A DNA stretch of 53,089 bases from an uncultured Bifidobacterium sp. (GTDB lineage: Bacteria > Actinomycetota > Actinomycetes > Nanopelagicales > Nanopelagicaceae), in assembly GCA_964465545.1 (NCBI GenBank), contig CAYXIS010000001.1, positions 1 to 53,089 of the forward strand, in the 5' to 3' direction. How positions within the stretch are numbered: position 1 is the first letter of the stretch; each line of letters starts with the position of its first letter. The notes below the pieces were generated by a model. It saw only the letters and a program-made list of their open reading frames with translations, was not told where the DNA came from and searched no databases. A program made the translations under genes and the position numbers. Below are positions 1 to 9,492 of the stretch, in pieces.

Positions 1-79
1 CCAGGCAACTAAAGACCGGCTCGGCTTTTGGGATTAGGCCGCCGAGCGCTGGCGATGGGAGAAACGCTGGAGCCAAACC

Positions 80-1858
80 TTGGACTGGCAGCCCCCATAT
101 GCCCAGTGGTTCGTCGGCGGGAGACTCAATGCCGCAGTGAATTGCCTGGACCGCCACGTCGATGAGGGACGGGGTGCGCGCGTGGCCTTCCACTTTGAAG
201 GAGAGCCGGGGGATAGCCGTACGATCACGTACGCCGAACTTCTCACCGATGTGAAGAAGGCCGCCAACGCCCTGATCGAACTTGGCATCAAAGCTGGCGA
301 TCGAGTTGCGATCTATATGCCCATGATTCCCGAAGCCGCGGTTGCCATGTTGGCGTGCGCTCGCATCGGCGCTCCTCACTCCGTCGTCTTCGGAGGTTTC
401 TCATCCGAGGCACTTCTGTCCCGTATACAAGATGCCGATGCCTCACTAGTTATTACTGCAGACGGCGGCTTTCGAAAAGGCGCCGCGTTCGCACTCAAAC
501 CAGCAGTAGATGAAGCTCTTCGTGGAGAGACAAGGGTCAAGAAAGTTCTGGTGGTGAAGAGAACTGGCCAAGATGTGGAATGGAACGGCGAGCGCGATAT
601 TTGGTGGCACGAAGCCATGGAGCACCAAAGTTCCGAACATGTGGCCGAGAGTTTTGACAGTGAACACCCGCTTTTCATTCTGTACACCTCTGGGACCACA
701 GCAAAGCCCAAGGGAATCTTTCACACAACGGGCGGGTACCTAACCCAAGCCGCCTTCACACACCAGATGGTTTTCGATATCAAGCCCGAAACCGATGTCT
801 TCTGGTGCACGGCCGACGTGGGTTGGATCACCGGACACTCCTACGTCGTCTATGGGCCGCTGATAAACGGGACTACGCAAGTGATGTACGAAGGCACCCC
901 GGACACGCCGCACAAGGGACGAATCTTCGAGATCGTCGAAAAATACGGCGTGACGATCTTGTACACGGCACCAACACTCATTCGCACATGGATGAAATGG
1001 GGAGACGAATTCCCGCTCGCGCACAACCTTTCATCTCTCCGGCTTCTCGGAAGCGTCGGTGAGCCGATCAATCCCGAGGCTTGGATTTGGTACCACGAAA
1101 TCATCGGTGGCGGTCGTTGCCCAATAGTGGATACATGGTGGCAGACAGAGACTGGCGCGATCATGATTTCGCCACTGCCTGGAATCACGGCGACCAAGCC
1201 CGGATCTGCGATGCGGCCACTTCCGGGAATCAGCGCCAAGGTCGTGAATGAGCGCGGAAATCAAGTGGAAAACGGTCATGGCGGCTATTTGATTCTCGAT
1301 CAGCCATGGCCATCCATGCTGCGCGGAATCTGGGGTGAGCCAGATCGATACAAGGACAACTACTGGTCCAAGTTTGATGGAATTTATTTCGCGGGCGACG
1401 GAGCAAAGCTAGACGAAGATGGTGCAATCTGGTTGCTCGGTCGAGTCGACGACGTCATGAATGTTTCAGGTCACCGTATCTCCACGACCGAAGTGGAATC
1501 AGCACTCGTATCTCACGAAGCCGTGGCTGAAGCCGCTGTTGTGGGTGCGACAGATGCGATGACAGGTCAAGGAATTGTTGCATTCGTCATTTTGCGCTCG
1601 GGAATCGCACACGCCGAAGGAGAAGAACTTCTAAAGCAGCTGCGCGATCATGTTGCAAAGGAGATCGGCGCCATCGCAAGGCCCCGACAGATACTCATCG
1701 TCGCAGAACTTCCAAAAACTCGCAGTGGAAAGATCATGCGACGCCTTCTCAAGGATGTAGCGGAAAATCGCGCTGTCGGAGATTCCACCACTTTGGCAGA
1801 TCCCAACATCATGAAGCTTATTTCCGCTGGGTTGAAGAACACTACAACCGAGGAATAG
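80..1858 (+). CDS. acs: acetyl-CoA synthetase (AMP-forming). The tracked ORF starts at TTG 80, but ACS-like coding continues upstream (nt 2-34) across an in-frame TAG at 35-37, and the true N-terminus lies left of the window.
   Basis: Motifs LNAAVNCLDRHV, FILYTSGTTAKPKG, TWWQTETG and SGKIMRRLL are typical of ACS. The gene ends with TAG at 1856-1858. Confidence 0.9.
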   Translation: MDWQPPYAQWFVGGRLNAAVNCLDRHVDEGRGARVAFHFEGEPGDSRTITYAELLTDVKKAANALIELGIKAGDRVAIYMPMIPEAAVAMLACARIGAPHSVVFGGFSSEALLSRIQDADASLVITADGGFRKGAAFALKPAVDEALRGETRVKKVLVVKRTGQDVEWNGERDIWWHEAMEHQSSEHVAESFDSEHPLFILYTSGTTAKPKGIFHTTGGYLTQAAFTHQMVFDIKPETDVFWCTADVGWITGHSYVVYGPLINGTTQVMYEGTPDTPHKGRIFEIVEKYGVTILYTAPTLIRTWMKWGDEFPLAHNLSSLRLLGSVGEPINPEAWIWYHEIIGGGRCPIVDTWWQTETGAIMISPLPGITATKPGSAMRPLPGISAKVVNERGNQVENGHGGYLILDQPWPSMLRGIWGEPDRYKDNYWSKFDGIYFAGDGAKLDEDGAIWLLGRVDDVMNVSGHRISTTEVESALVSHEAVAEAAVVGATDAMTGQGIVAFVILRSGIAHAEGEELLKQLRDHVAKEIGAIARPRQILIVAELPKTRSGKIMRRLLKDVAENRAVGDSTTLADPNIMKLISAGLKNTTTEE

Positions 1859-2339
1859 TCCCGAGTTTCTTCTCGATCTCCACACGCAGTTGATCGAGGG
1901 CGTGTGGCATCTCCTTCTTCATCTGCGGATAAATCTTGCTTTCCACAATCGCATCTTTGGCGAATGACCAAGGTGACCAAAGTGCAACCGCAATCAACAG
2001 ATATGCAATTATCGTCACACGCACTAGCTCGAGGGCGACCCCGGCAATCGAGTCTAAAAAGCGCAGTGGTGCCCAAAGAAGGCGCGCGCGAAAGAAAGTC
2101 GCAAGCATTCCGAGCAAGCGTCGGCCGATTTCGGCGAAAAACAAGACGGCGAAAAACACAATAAGGAATCTATTGAGAGTGCTATGCACCTTTGAAGTGA
2201 AATCCAGTCCGAGCACTAGTCCAACAATGCCCCCACCTATGTACCCGATTGTCGAGAATAGAGATTGGAGAAAGCCTCTTCGATACCCAGAAATGACTGC
2301 GCCGACGGCGGTCAGAACTAGAATTGCATCAACGAGCAT
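1842..2339 (-). CDS. CvpA-family integral membrane protein (MarP-like membrane module without a protease domain)
   Basis: 165 aa with four hydrophobic segments. The N-terminus MLVDAILVLTAVGAVISGYRRGF is typical of CvpA. It sits next to tlpA-nth as in mycobacterial synteny. Confidence 0.7.
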   Translation of the reverse strand: MLVDAILVLTAVGAVISGYRRGFLQSLFSTIGYIGGGIVGLVLGLDFTSKVHSTLNRFLIVFFAVLFFAEIGRRLLGMLATFFRARLLWAPLRFLDSIAGVALELVRVTIIAYLLIAVALWSPWSFAKDAIVESKIYPQMKKEMPHALDQLRVEIEKKLGTIPRL

Positions 2340-2343
2340 GGGA

Positions 2344-2895
2344 CTAATTTAAAGTCAGATGTAGGTATTTGGTCGCCAAATCACGCAGTTCTTGCTCACT
2401 ATTTAGCACTCCGATCTTCTTATGAACAGCCGTCCCATTCTCATCAATGAACCAGGTGACTGGCACGCCCATGCCAAAGAACCCTCTTGATCGTGCATCA
2501 GGATCTACGAGTATCGGCCAAGTCATCCCGTTGGAAATAACGAAATCTATGCCGTCACTCCTCTTGGCTTCCTCCACATCTACGCCTACTAAACCTACCC
2601 TTGATGCATTCTTTGAATAGAAGGAACGAATAATCGGAATCTCGTCCTTGCACGGAGCACACCATGACCCCCACACATTGAGAATGATCGGGCCACGCAT
2701 CTGAGAAAAGCGGATTGAAGACTTCCCGTCCAGACAGGGAAATTCCAACCCACCGGTGGATGGCGCAAGTCGAATCGAATCGCAACTAACCACAGAGCCC
2801 AGTTTCGGGACACTTGAGGATTGGGATGAGCACGCTGTTGTTCCCGCTAAAACGGCTGGCAGAATCACTGTCCACAAGACCGCGCGGCGTTTCAA
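2344..2895 (-). CDS. TlpA/ResA-like thiol-disulfide oxidoreductase, probable lipoprotein
   Basis: [11 protein letters not shown] CxxC thioredoxin motif. Signal peptide ends in TTAC. The TTG start overlaps the nth stop (TTGA). Confidence 0.8.
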   Translation of the reverse strand: MKRRAVLWTVILPAVLAGTTACSSQSSSVPKLGSVVSCDSIRLAPSTGGLEFPCLDGKSSIRFSQMRGPIILNVWGSWCAPCKDEIPIIRSFYSKNASRVGLVGVDVEEAKRSDGIDFVISNGMTWPILVDPDARSRGFFGMGVPVTWFIDENGTAVHKKIGVLNSEQELRDLATKYLHLTLN

Positions 2896-3587
2896 CGAAA
2901 GTCCGAATCTTGTTTCACCAGGCTCCGCGCCAAGACAGGGTCCATCTCACCGATTCCCACTGAGGGGCACACTTTCGCCAACGGGCACGCTCCGCAGGCG
3001 GGCCTTCGCGCGTGGCAGACACGGCGCCCGTGCCAGATCATTCGCTGAGACAAATTAGTCCACTCTTCCTGCGGTATCAAAGCTCCGACTTCGCTTTCGA
3101 CTCTCACTGGATTCTTCTCCGTGGTCCAATGAAATCGTCGACTCAATCGGCCAAAATGCGTGTCTACCGTAATGCCTGGCACGCCAAAGGCATGCCCCAA
3201 CACAACATTTGCAGTCTTGCGACCCACGCCAGGAAGAAGCACCAACTCGTCCAAGGTCCGAGGCACCTCTCCGCCGAAATCCGACACGATCTTCATGGCC
3301 AACCCTTTGATGTTCTTAGCCTTGGCTCGAAAGAAGCCCGTGGAGTGGATCAAAGTCTCTAGCGAGTGGAGGTCCGCCTGAGCGAACTCCTTCACATTCC
3401 GATATTTCTTGAAAAGGGGGGGAGTCACGCTATTTACGCGCTTGTCAGTGCACTGCGCCGAGAGCACAGTGGCCACCAACAACTGCAAGGGGTTGGCGAA
3501 ATTGAGTTCGCAGTGAACATCCGGATAGCTCTGACAGAGGATTTCGTACATGGCTCGGGCTTTCTTAACCGAGCGCGCGTCAGCCAT
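2892..3587 (-). CDS. nth: endonuclease III (DNA glycosylase/AP lyase)
   Basis: [17 protein letters not shown] HhH-GPD motif, [12 protein letters not shown], and the C-terminal Fe-S cluster [18 protein letters not shown] chose the start at Met37 of the tracked ORF (ATG 3587). Confidence 0.88.
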   Translation of the reverse strand: MADARSVKKARAMYEILCQSYPDVHCELNFANPLQLLVATVLSAQCTDKRVNSVTPPLFKKYRNVKEFAQADLHSLETLIHSTGFFRAKAKNIKGLAMKIVSDFGGEVPRTLDELVLLPGVGRKTANVVLGHAFGVPGITVDTHFGRLSRRFHWTTEKNPVRVESEVGALIPQEEWTNLSQRMIWHGRRVCHARRPACGACPLAKVCPSVGIGEMDPVLARSLVKQDSDFR

Positions 3588-3658
3588 CACCCGACGAAGG
3601 TTACGCGTCTTGCGCCAAAGGGGTGAAACTTGTAGCGATTTCCTAGTAAAGTCCCCCC

Positions 3659-4342
3659 GTGACTCAAGATGAAGCGATTGTTCGCCGCGCCCCACTGTTT
3701 ACTGCCCTAGATGATGCCGCTGCCGCCTCTTTGCGTGCCTCGATGGAGACCGTAAGACTGGCAAAGGGTGCAACCCTCTTCTCTGAAGGCGACCCAGGTG
3801 AGCATCTCTATGTCATCGTCGAAGGAAAGTTGAAACTCGGAACTTCCAGCGGCGATGGACGAGAGAATCTGCTCTCAATCCTTGGACCTGGAGAAATGTT
3901 CGGGGAGCTTTCACTATTTGATCCAGGGCCCCGCACATCTACCGCGACTGCAGTGACGGATGTTCGTTTGCTAAGCCTTGGACACGATCAGGTGATTCCT
4001 TGGGTGACACGTCATCCTCAGGTTGCCCTCGATCTCCTTGCCCGCTTGGCGCAACGACTTCGTCGCACAAACGAAGTTGTCGGCGACTTGGTCTTCTCTG
4101 ATGTGCCAGGACGCGTTGCCAAGGCACTCATTGATCTAGGCGAGCGCTTTGGAAAACAAACAGATGAGGGACTCTACGTCCACCATGACCTCACTCAAGA
4201 AGAACTTGCCCAACTAGTCGGCGCATCGCGCGAGACCGTCAATAAGGCGCTCGCCGATTTCGCAGCGCGAAATTGGATACGCCTCGACGGCCGTGCAGTT
4301 CTGATCATCGATGTTGACCGTCTGAACAAGCGCGGCCGTTAA
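3659..4342 (+). CDS. crp: Crp/Fnr-family cAMP-responsive transcriptional regulator
   Basis: Near-collinear with mycobacterial Crp: [54 protein letters not shown] start. Divergent from nth. Confidence 0.92.
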   Translation: MTQDEAIVRRAPLFTALDDAAAASLRASMETVRLAKGATLFSEGDPGEHLYVIVEGKLKLGTSSGDGRENLLSILGPGEMFGELSLFDPGPRTSTATAVTDVRLLSLGHDQVIPWVTRHPQVALDLLARLAQRLRRTNEVVGDLVFSDVPGRVAKALIDLGERFGKQTDEGLYVHHDLTQEELAQLVGASRETVNKALADFAARNWIRLDGRAVLIIDVDRLNKRGR

Positions 4343-4804
4343 CTAACCTCTTAGTTCGACTGTCAGTTCGATCTCAACTGCGGAATCCATCGGCAGTTCG
4401 GCGATTCCGACTGCAGACCGGGCATGTTTTCCTTCGTCTCCCCAGATGTGAAGGAACAATTCGCTTGCGCCGTTGACGACGGCAGGTTGATTGATAAAAC
4501 CCGGAATTCCGTTGACGTAACCGACAACTCGTACAACTTTCACAATGTCGTCGACGTCGGCAACCGTTGCAACTGCACCCAAGCAATTGAGGGCGCAGAT
4601 CTGAGCCATTTCCTTTGCTTGCTCGACGGTAACTGCGCCGCCGACTTTTCCGGTCAATGAAATCTTGCCGTCAACTAGCGGCAACTGTCCCGCCGTGAAA
4701 ACAAGGTTTCCCGTACGAACGGCTGGTACATAAGCAGCTATAGGTTTGGCAGCGATCGGGAGTTCGAGCCCGAGTTCAGCGAGCTTGGCACGTACGTGGC
4801 TCAT
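4343..4804 (-). CDS. RidA/YjgF-family protein
   Basis: AGQLPL..G and ARSAVGIAELP..SAVEIE motifs. Start at internal ATG 4804 (MSHVRAKLAELG), which overlaps the stop of the upstream small ORF. Confidence 0.85.
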   Translation of the reverse strand: MSHVRAKLAELGLELPIAAKPIAAYVPAVRTGNLVFTAGQLPLVDGKISLTGKVGGAVTVEQAKEMAQICALNCLGAVATVADVDDIVKVVRVVGYVNGIPGFINQPAVVNGASELFLHIWGDEGKHARSAVGIAELPMDSAVEIELTVELRG

Positions 4805-4956
4805 TTGATCTCTCTTTTCATGTAGGCAACAAGTTGATCTCCGCCGCCAGGTCCCGGAATTACTTGCACGAGTTCCCAACCATCAGATCCCCAGTTATCA
4901 AGGATCTGTTTCGTCGCATGGGTCAGCAGCGGCACGGTTACATATTCGAATTTCAC
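4801..4956 (-). CDS. DUF4177-like small protein (51 aa, GTG start), absent from the ORF track because it is under 60 aa
   Basis: My translation: VKFEYVTVPLLTHATKQILDNWGSDGWELVQVIPGPGGGDQLVAYMKREIK. GGGAGAGA Shine-Dalgarno lies 4 nt upstream. The TGA overlaps the ridA ATG (ATGA). Confidence 0.7.
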   Translation of the reverse strand: MKFEYVTVPLLTHATKQILDNWGSDGWELVQVIPGPGGGDQLVAYMKREIK

Positions 4957-4968
4957 TTGATCTCTCCC

Positions 4969-5418
4969 TTATGCCAGTGCGGCTTTGACCGCGGCAGAAA
5001 CAGTAGCGCCATCGGCCCTACCTGCAATCTTTGGTGACAGTGCCTTCATAACAAGGCCCATCCCAGCCGGACCAGAGGCACCAGTTTCGGCGATCACATC
5101 CTTAATCATTTGTGCCAATTCAGCATCGCTGAGTTGAACAGGAAGATATTTCGCAATGACGTCGCCCTCAGCACGCTCAAGGGTGGCCTTCTCCGGGCGA
5201 GCGCCAGCATCGAATGCTTCGGCGGCCTCGCGACGCTTCTTTGCCTCGCGGGAGAGAACGGTAATGACTTCAGCGTCGGTGAGTTCGCGAGCGCTCTTGC
5301 CGGATACCTCTTCATTGGTAATGGCCGTGAGCACCATGCGTATAGTCCCCGACGTGATTTCATCACGTGACCGAATTGCTTCGGTAAGGTCTTCCCTGAG
5401 TCGTTCTTTTAGTCCCAT
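4969..5418 (-). CDS. GatB/YqeY domain-containing protein
   Basis: N-terminus MGLKERLREDLTEAIRSRDEITSGTIRMVLTAI and overall length are typical of YqeY. Confidence 0.85.
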   Translation of the reverse strand: MGLKERLREDLTEAIRSRDEITSGTIRMVLTAITNEEVSGKSARELTDAEVITVLSREAKKRREAAEAFDAGARPEKATLERAEGDVIAKYLPVQLSDAELAQMIKDVIAETGASGPAGMGLVMKALSPKIAGRADGATVSAAVKAALA

Positions 5419-5455
5419 GGAGGTATCTTCTCATGAGACCGCAGAAGGAGTTGCA

Positions 5456-6280
5456 ATGGGTTATGTAGTGCGCGAGGCAGAGATACCAATCCTCCCTGGA
5501 GGCAGCGAGCCTATTCGGATTGTGCACTTCTCTGACCTGCACCTCACCCCATCAGTCAAGCGAGAAATCGCAGACATCAAAGGTTTCATCGACCTTGAAC
5601 CAGATCTGGTGATTAGCACAGGAGATTTCCTCGGCTCTATCGATGCGGTGCCGGTTGTACTGGATGCTCTCGATCAACTCCTCGATGTCCCGGGGCTCTT
5701 TGTCTTTGGCTCAAATGACTACTACGCGCCGCGATTGAAGAACCCTCTTCTCTACCTGACTCCAGATAATGGAAAGAGAATTCATGGCGATCCTCTGCCC
5801 TCACACGAACTTGCCGAGGAACTCACAAAAAGGGGCTGGCACAATCTAAATTACTCGCGCGCTTTGCTGGAGATTAACGGGACGACTATTGAGGCCCGAG
5901 GTACAGATGATGCCCACCTCAATCGCGACGACTACTCACTCGTCGCCGGCACGCCAGATCCCAATGCAGACGTGGCGATCGGTGTCACGCATGCCCCGTA
6001 CAAGCGAGTTCTTGAAGCCATGGGCGCAGACGGAGTCTCAGCCATATTTGCCGGCCACACACACGGTGGCCAAGTGCGATTGCCGTGGATAGGCGAGAGC
6101 AGAGCCCTCACCACAAATTGCGATCTGCCCACATGGCGGGCGCGAGGTCTGACTCGTTTTGGAAAAGAACCGTGGTTGCATGTCTCCGCAGGAATGGGAA
6201 CAAGTCCGTATGCACGGATACGAGTCGCTAGTCCGCCAGAAGTTTCACTTGTTACATTGATTGCAGGCAACGAAAAATAA
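5456..6280 (+). CDS. metallophosphoesterase
   Basis: Calcineurin-like phosphoesterase motifs IVHFSDLHL, STGDF, GVTHAP and AGHTHGGQ. ATG 5456 is preceded by GAAGGAG. Confidence 0.82.
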   Translation: MGYVVREAEIPILPGGSEPIRIVHFSDLHLTPSVKREIADIKGFIDLEPDLVISTGDFLGSIDAVPVVLDALDQLLDVPGLFVFGSNDYYAPRLKNPLLYLTPDNGKRIHGDPLPSHELAEELTKRGWHNLNYSRALLEINGTTIEARGTDDAHLNRDDYSLVAGTPDPNADVAIGVTHAPYKRVLEAMGADGVSAIFAGHTHGGQVRLPWIGESRALTTNCDLPTWRARGLTRFGKEPWLHVSAGMGTSPYARIRVASPPEVSLVTLIAGNEK

Positions 6281-6287
6281 TCTCTGA

Positions 6288-6362
<75 letters not shown>

Positions 6363-6405
6363 AAGAGGCCAATACTACTTACACTCAGCGATGTCGCACA
6401 CATGA

Positions 6406-7017
6406 ATGGAGGAAATGACGTTGGGTAGCACGCATGATTGGTCGGTCGCAGCTGACACTGATCACATCCTTGGAATTCAAAAAGACGCCGAACTATTCGC
6501 TAAAGGCGGGATCACACATCTTGTTCTGGAAGTCATTGCTTATGCGGTTGACGAGGCCATTATGGGAACAACAGATCACATCCGTGTAACGCTTTATAAG
6601 GATGGATCGATGTGCGTGGAAGATAACGGTCGAGGTACTGCAGTTCGAGAGGTGTCAGGCACACCCATGGTTAAACCAATCATGGCCACCCAAGACCTGA
6701 GATTCTTCAGGATTCCTGAGGCACCCCTCCTTCCAGATGGACTTGCTCGGTCGGGAATATCTGTTATGGCCGCACTTAGCGAGTGGGCGGTCCATACGAA
6801 TCGACGGGCTAACGGAAGTTGGACTCAACGCTATGAATATGGACTGCCATCTGGTTCCTTGACATCAATAAGCGAAAACGGAAGCACGGGAACCTCCGTT
6901 TGTTTCCAGCCCAATCAAGCGATTTTCGGCAGTGAAGTCGTTTCTGCGTCGCATCTTCGGCAAATGTGCATGGGATTTCCTCAAACAGCGGAGATTGTCA
7001 TATCTGAAGAACGATAA
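6406..7017 (+). CDS. stand-alone GyrB-like GHKL ATPase-fold domain protein with degenerate catalytic motifs
   Basis: HLVLEVIAYAVDEAI, VEDNGRGTA and DGLARSGISVMAALS are collinear with GyrB FEVVDNAIDEA, DDGRGIP and GGLHGVGVSVVNALS. Confidence 0.6.
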   Translation: MEEMTLGSTHDWSVAADTDHILGIQKDAELFAKGGITHLVLEVIAYAVDEAIMGTTDHIRVTLYKDGSMCVEDNGRGTAVREVSGTPMVKPIMATQDLRFFRIPEAPLLPDGLARSGISVMAALSEWAVHTNRRANGSWTQRYEYGLPSGSLTSISENGSTGTSVCFQPNQAIFGSEVVSASHLRQMCMGFPQTAEIVISEER

Positions 7018-7064
7018 GGGGCTCCAAAGTCTTGCTGGAATTGGAAGGCTTGAGCGAGTCAAAC

Positions 7065-7925
7065 TCAAGTGGGTTTACGTACTACAAAAGTCCAGAACGG
7101 TTCGGCATCCGAAAACTTCAAGCTTCCAACATCAAAGCCAGCATTCTCAACCATTTCCGAGATTTGTTTCTTCGTGAACCGTTGTTCCAGGGAAGTACCG
7201 AATCGATCATATGCGTCATTTCGCATCACATAGAAATTCATGTCTTTGTAGTGATGCAGGGGGATATTCCCTGAACTCAATCCGAACTTCTCTGCAACCT
7301 TGGACAATCTAGCCAACGGCCAGTACACCAGCGCTGCGATGATTTCGCAGACGAATCTTCGCATTCGATAGGGTAATTTTGAAATTCCAATTCGAAACCT
7401 GTTTGTGATGCGCCAAACTAAACGATATAAAAAAGGCTTGTTTTCGAGGGCATAGTACAAGTAGCAGAGGAAATATCCGCTAGGTTTGATCTTCCTGAAA
7501 ATGTCTTGAATACCGAGTCCCGTGTCAGGTAGATGGTGCAAGACGCCAAGAGAGACTGCGAGATCGAGAGAATCGTTTGGCACGCTATTTTCTGAAACCG
7601 TCTCATTCAATAGATGTACTTTCACATTCTTGTCGAAGCGTTGCTCCAGAACTGAAAAGGATTCCTTGCCCGGCTCTATTAACCATAATTGACTGGCATG
7701 TTCTAAAAGGAAATGTGCCCAACGGCCACTGCCCGCGCCAAAGTCTGCAATTACAAGATTGCTTGCGGTCAAAATCTGCGGTGGGAGTGGACGAATGTAG
7801 GCCGCGAACTGTTCGCGAATCTCTTCCAATTGATCAGAGGCCAGATAGTTGAAGGTTTTCCATTCCCCTCCAAAGTGGGAAATCACATGATCGTCGCGAT
7901 TCTTGTCAGATGGCATCTGAGTCAC
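7065..7925 (-). CDS. class I SAM-dependent methyltransferase
   Basis: Motif [25 protein letters not shown] and IKPSGYF. The GTG start overlaps the asd stop (GTGA). The gene is visibly AT-richer than its neighbours. Confidence 0.8.
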   Translation of the reverse strand: MTQMPSDKNRDDHVISHFGGEWKTFNYLASDQLEEIREQFAAYIRPLPPQILTASNLVIADFGAGSGRWAHFLLEHASQLWLIEPGKESFSVLEQRFDKNVKVHLLNETVSENSVPNDSLDLAVSLGVLHHLPDTGLGIQDIFRKIKPSGYFLCYLYYALENKPFLYRLVWRITNRFRIGISKLPYRMRRFVCEIIAALVYWPLARLSKVAEKFGLSSGNIPLHHYKDMNFYVMRNDAYDRFGTSLEQRFTKKQISEMVENAGFDVGSLKFSDAEPFWTFVVRKPT

Positions 7926-8974
7926 TTCGTGAATTCCGCCGCAAGTAACTCGGCGATTTGAGCTGTATTCAATGCTGCTCCTTTACGAAGGTTGTCCCCA
8001 CAAACGAACAAGTCCAGCGCCATCGGATTATCGATGCTCTTTCGCACGCGACCAACCCACGTCGGATCAGTGCCGACGACATCGGCAGGTGTTGGGAACT
8101 TGTGATTTTCTGGATCATCAACCAATTTCACTCCGGCGGCATTTTGCAGAATATCCTGCGCCGCCTTGCGTGAAGGCTCCTTTGCGAAAACCGCGTGCAC
8201 GGTGAGCGAGTGCGTCGTAATTACTGGTACTCGCACGCATGTTGCGGCTACTTTCAGGTTTGGCAGTCCGAGAATCTTTCTCGATTCGTTTCGGACCTTG
8301 AGTTCCTCGGATGAATAGCCATCCTGCTTTAGGGAACCCGCCCAGGGGACGACGTTGAGCGCCAATGGCGCGGGGAAGGGTCCAAGATCTCTAATATGCG
8401 CGCGGACATCGCCGGCATTTGTGCCGGCATCTGTTCCAGCAACCGATTTGATCTGGGCGCGCAAGGTGTCGATGCCTGCTTGCCCTGCACCCGACGCGGC
8501 TTGGTATGACGAGACGACTAATTCCTTCAACTCGTATTCGCGGTGCAGAGCCCCCATTGCGACAATCATCGACAGAGTTGTGCAGTTGGGGTTGGAGATG
8601 ATTCCACGCGGACGATTCTTTGCCTGCTGTGGATTTACCTCGGGTACGACAAGTGGAACATCCTCATCCATGCGAAAAGCACCGGAATTGTCTACAACCA
8701 CCGCTCCTTGAGAAACGGCAATTGGCGCCCACACTTCTGAAATCTCATCGGGAACGTCAAACATCGCGACATCGATGCCTTGGAATGCCTCTGGCGACAG
8801 GGCCACAACGGTGAGCTCTTTGCCGCGGCACATCAATTTCTTGCCCGCGCTCCGAGCTGATGCGATAAGGCGAATCTCACCCCACACGTCAGCACGCTCG
8901 GAAAGAATCGAGAGCATGACAGTTCCAACAGCGCCAGTGGCGCCTACGACAGCAAGGGACGGCTTGCGGGTCAT
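7922..8974 (-). CDS. asd: aspartate-semialdehyde dehydrogenase
   Basis: VVGATGAVG, active-site SNPNCTT and [10 protein letters not shown]. Overlaps the lysC stop (ATGA). Confidence 0.95.
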   Translation of the reverse strand: MTRKPSLAVVGATGAVGTVMLSILSERADVWGEIRLIASARSAGKKLMCRGKELTVVALSPEAFQGIDVAMFDVPDEISEVWAPIAVSQGAVVVDNSGAFRMDEDVPLVVPEVNPQQAKNRPRGIISNPNCTTLSMIVAMGALHREYELKELVVSSYQAASGAGQAGIDTLRAQIKSVAGTDAGTNAGDVRAHIRDLGPFPAPLALNVVPWAGSLKQDGYSSEELKVRNESRKILGLPNLKVAATCVRVPVITTHSLTVHAVFAKEPSRKAAQDILQNAAGVKLVDDPENHKFPTPADVVGTDPTWVGRVRKSIDNPMALDLFVCGDNLRKGAALNTAQIAELLAAEFTK

Positions 8975-9492
8975 CGGCCAGAGCCTCCGTAAACAACTGC
9001 ATCGCCTGGTTCTCCGTCGAGTTCAAAAGCCGTGTGCGCGGCCCTCACCCCGCGCTCCAAGTCCGCTGCGCGACAGACGATGGAGATACGGATTTCTGAC
9101 GTTGAAATCATCTCGATGTTCACGCCAGCATCAGACATCGCGGCAAAGAAATTGGCAGTAACGCCAGGATGCGAGCGCATTCCCGCGCCAACGAGTGAAA
9201 GTTTGCCGATCTGATCATCATATTGAATGGATGCGAAGCCAACCTCGCCTTGGATTCGCTGCAGAGTCGACGTTGCGTTGGCGCCCTCGCTCTTAGGAAG
9301 AGTGAAGGAGATATCTGTGAGTCCAGTCGATGCAGCCGAGACGTTCTGAACAATCATGTCAATGTTGATGTCGGCATCGGCAATCGCCTGGAAAATGCGA
9401 GCCGCGACCCCTGTGCGGTCTGGGACACCGACGATTGTGATCTTGGCTTCGCTCTTATCGTGTGCAATGCCAGAGATGATTGCTTGCTCCAT
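8971..9492 (-). CDS. lysC: candidate in-frame aspartate kinase beta subunit from an internal start
   Basis: Internal ATG 9492 ([17 protein letters not shown]) is preceded by GAAGGAG at 9498-9504. It matches the position of the Corynebacterium lysC-beta start (MEEAVLTGVATDKSEAK). Confidence 0.5.
   Translation of the reverse strand: MEQAIISGIAHDKSEAKITIVGVPDRTGVAARIFQAIADADINIDMIVQNVSAASTGLTDISFTLPKSEGANATSTLQRIQGEVGFASIQYDDQIGKLSLVGAGMRSHPGVTANFFAAMSDAGVNIEMISTSEIRISIVCRAADLERGVRAAHTAFELDGEPGDAVVYGGSGR

Noticed and set aside
3588-3658. A Crp binding site (TGTGA-N6-TCACA) in the nth-crp intergenic region. The best candidate is GGTGAAACTTGTAGCG.
   Set aside because: Only one half-site is acceptable, and the second half matches 2 of 5 positions.
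5156-5455. A 100-aa N-terminal extension of the metallophosphoesterase ORF (tracked start 5156).
   Set aside because: The extension is antisense to the yqeY gene, is low-complexity (Ser/Arg/Ala-rich) and shows no homology. ATG 5456 has a GAAGGAG Shine-Dalgarno and begins the conserved domain.
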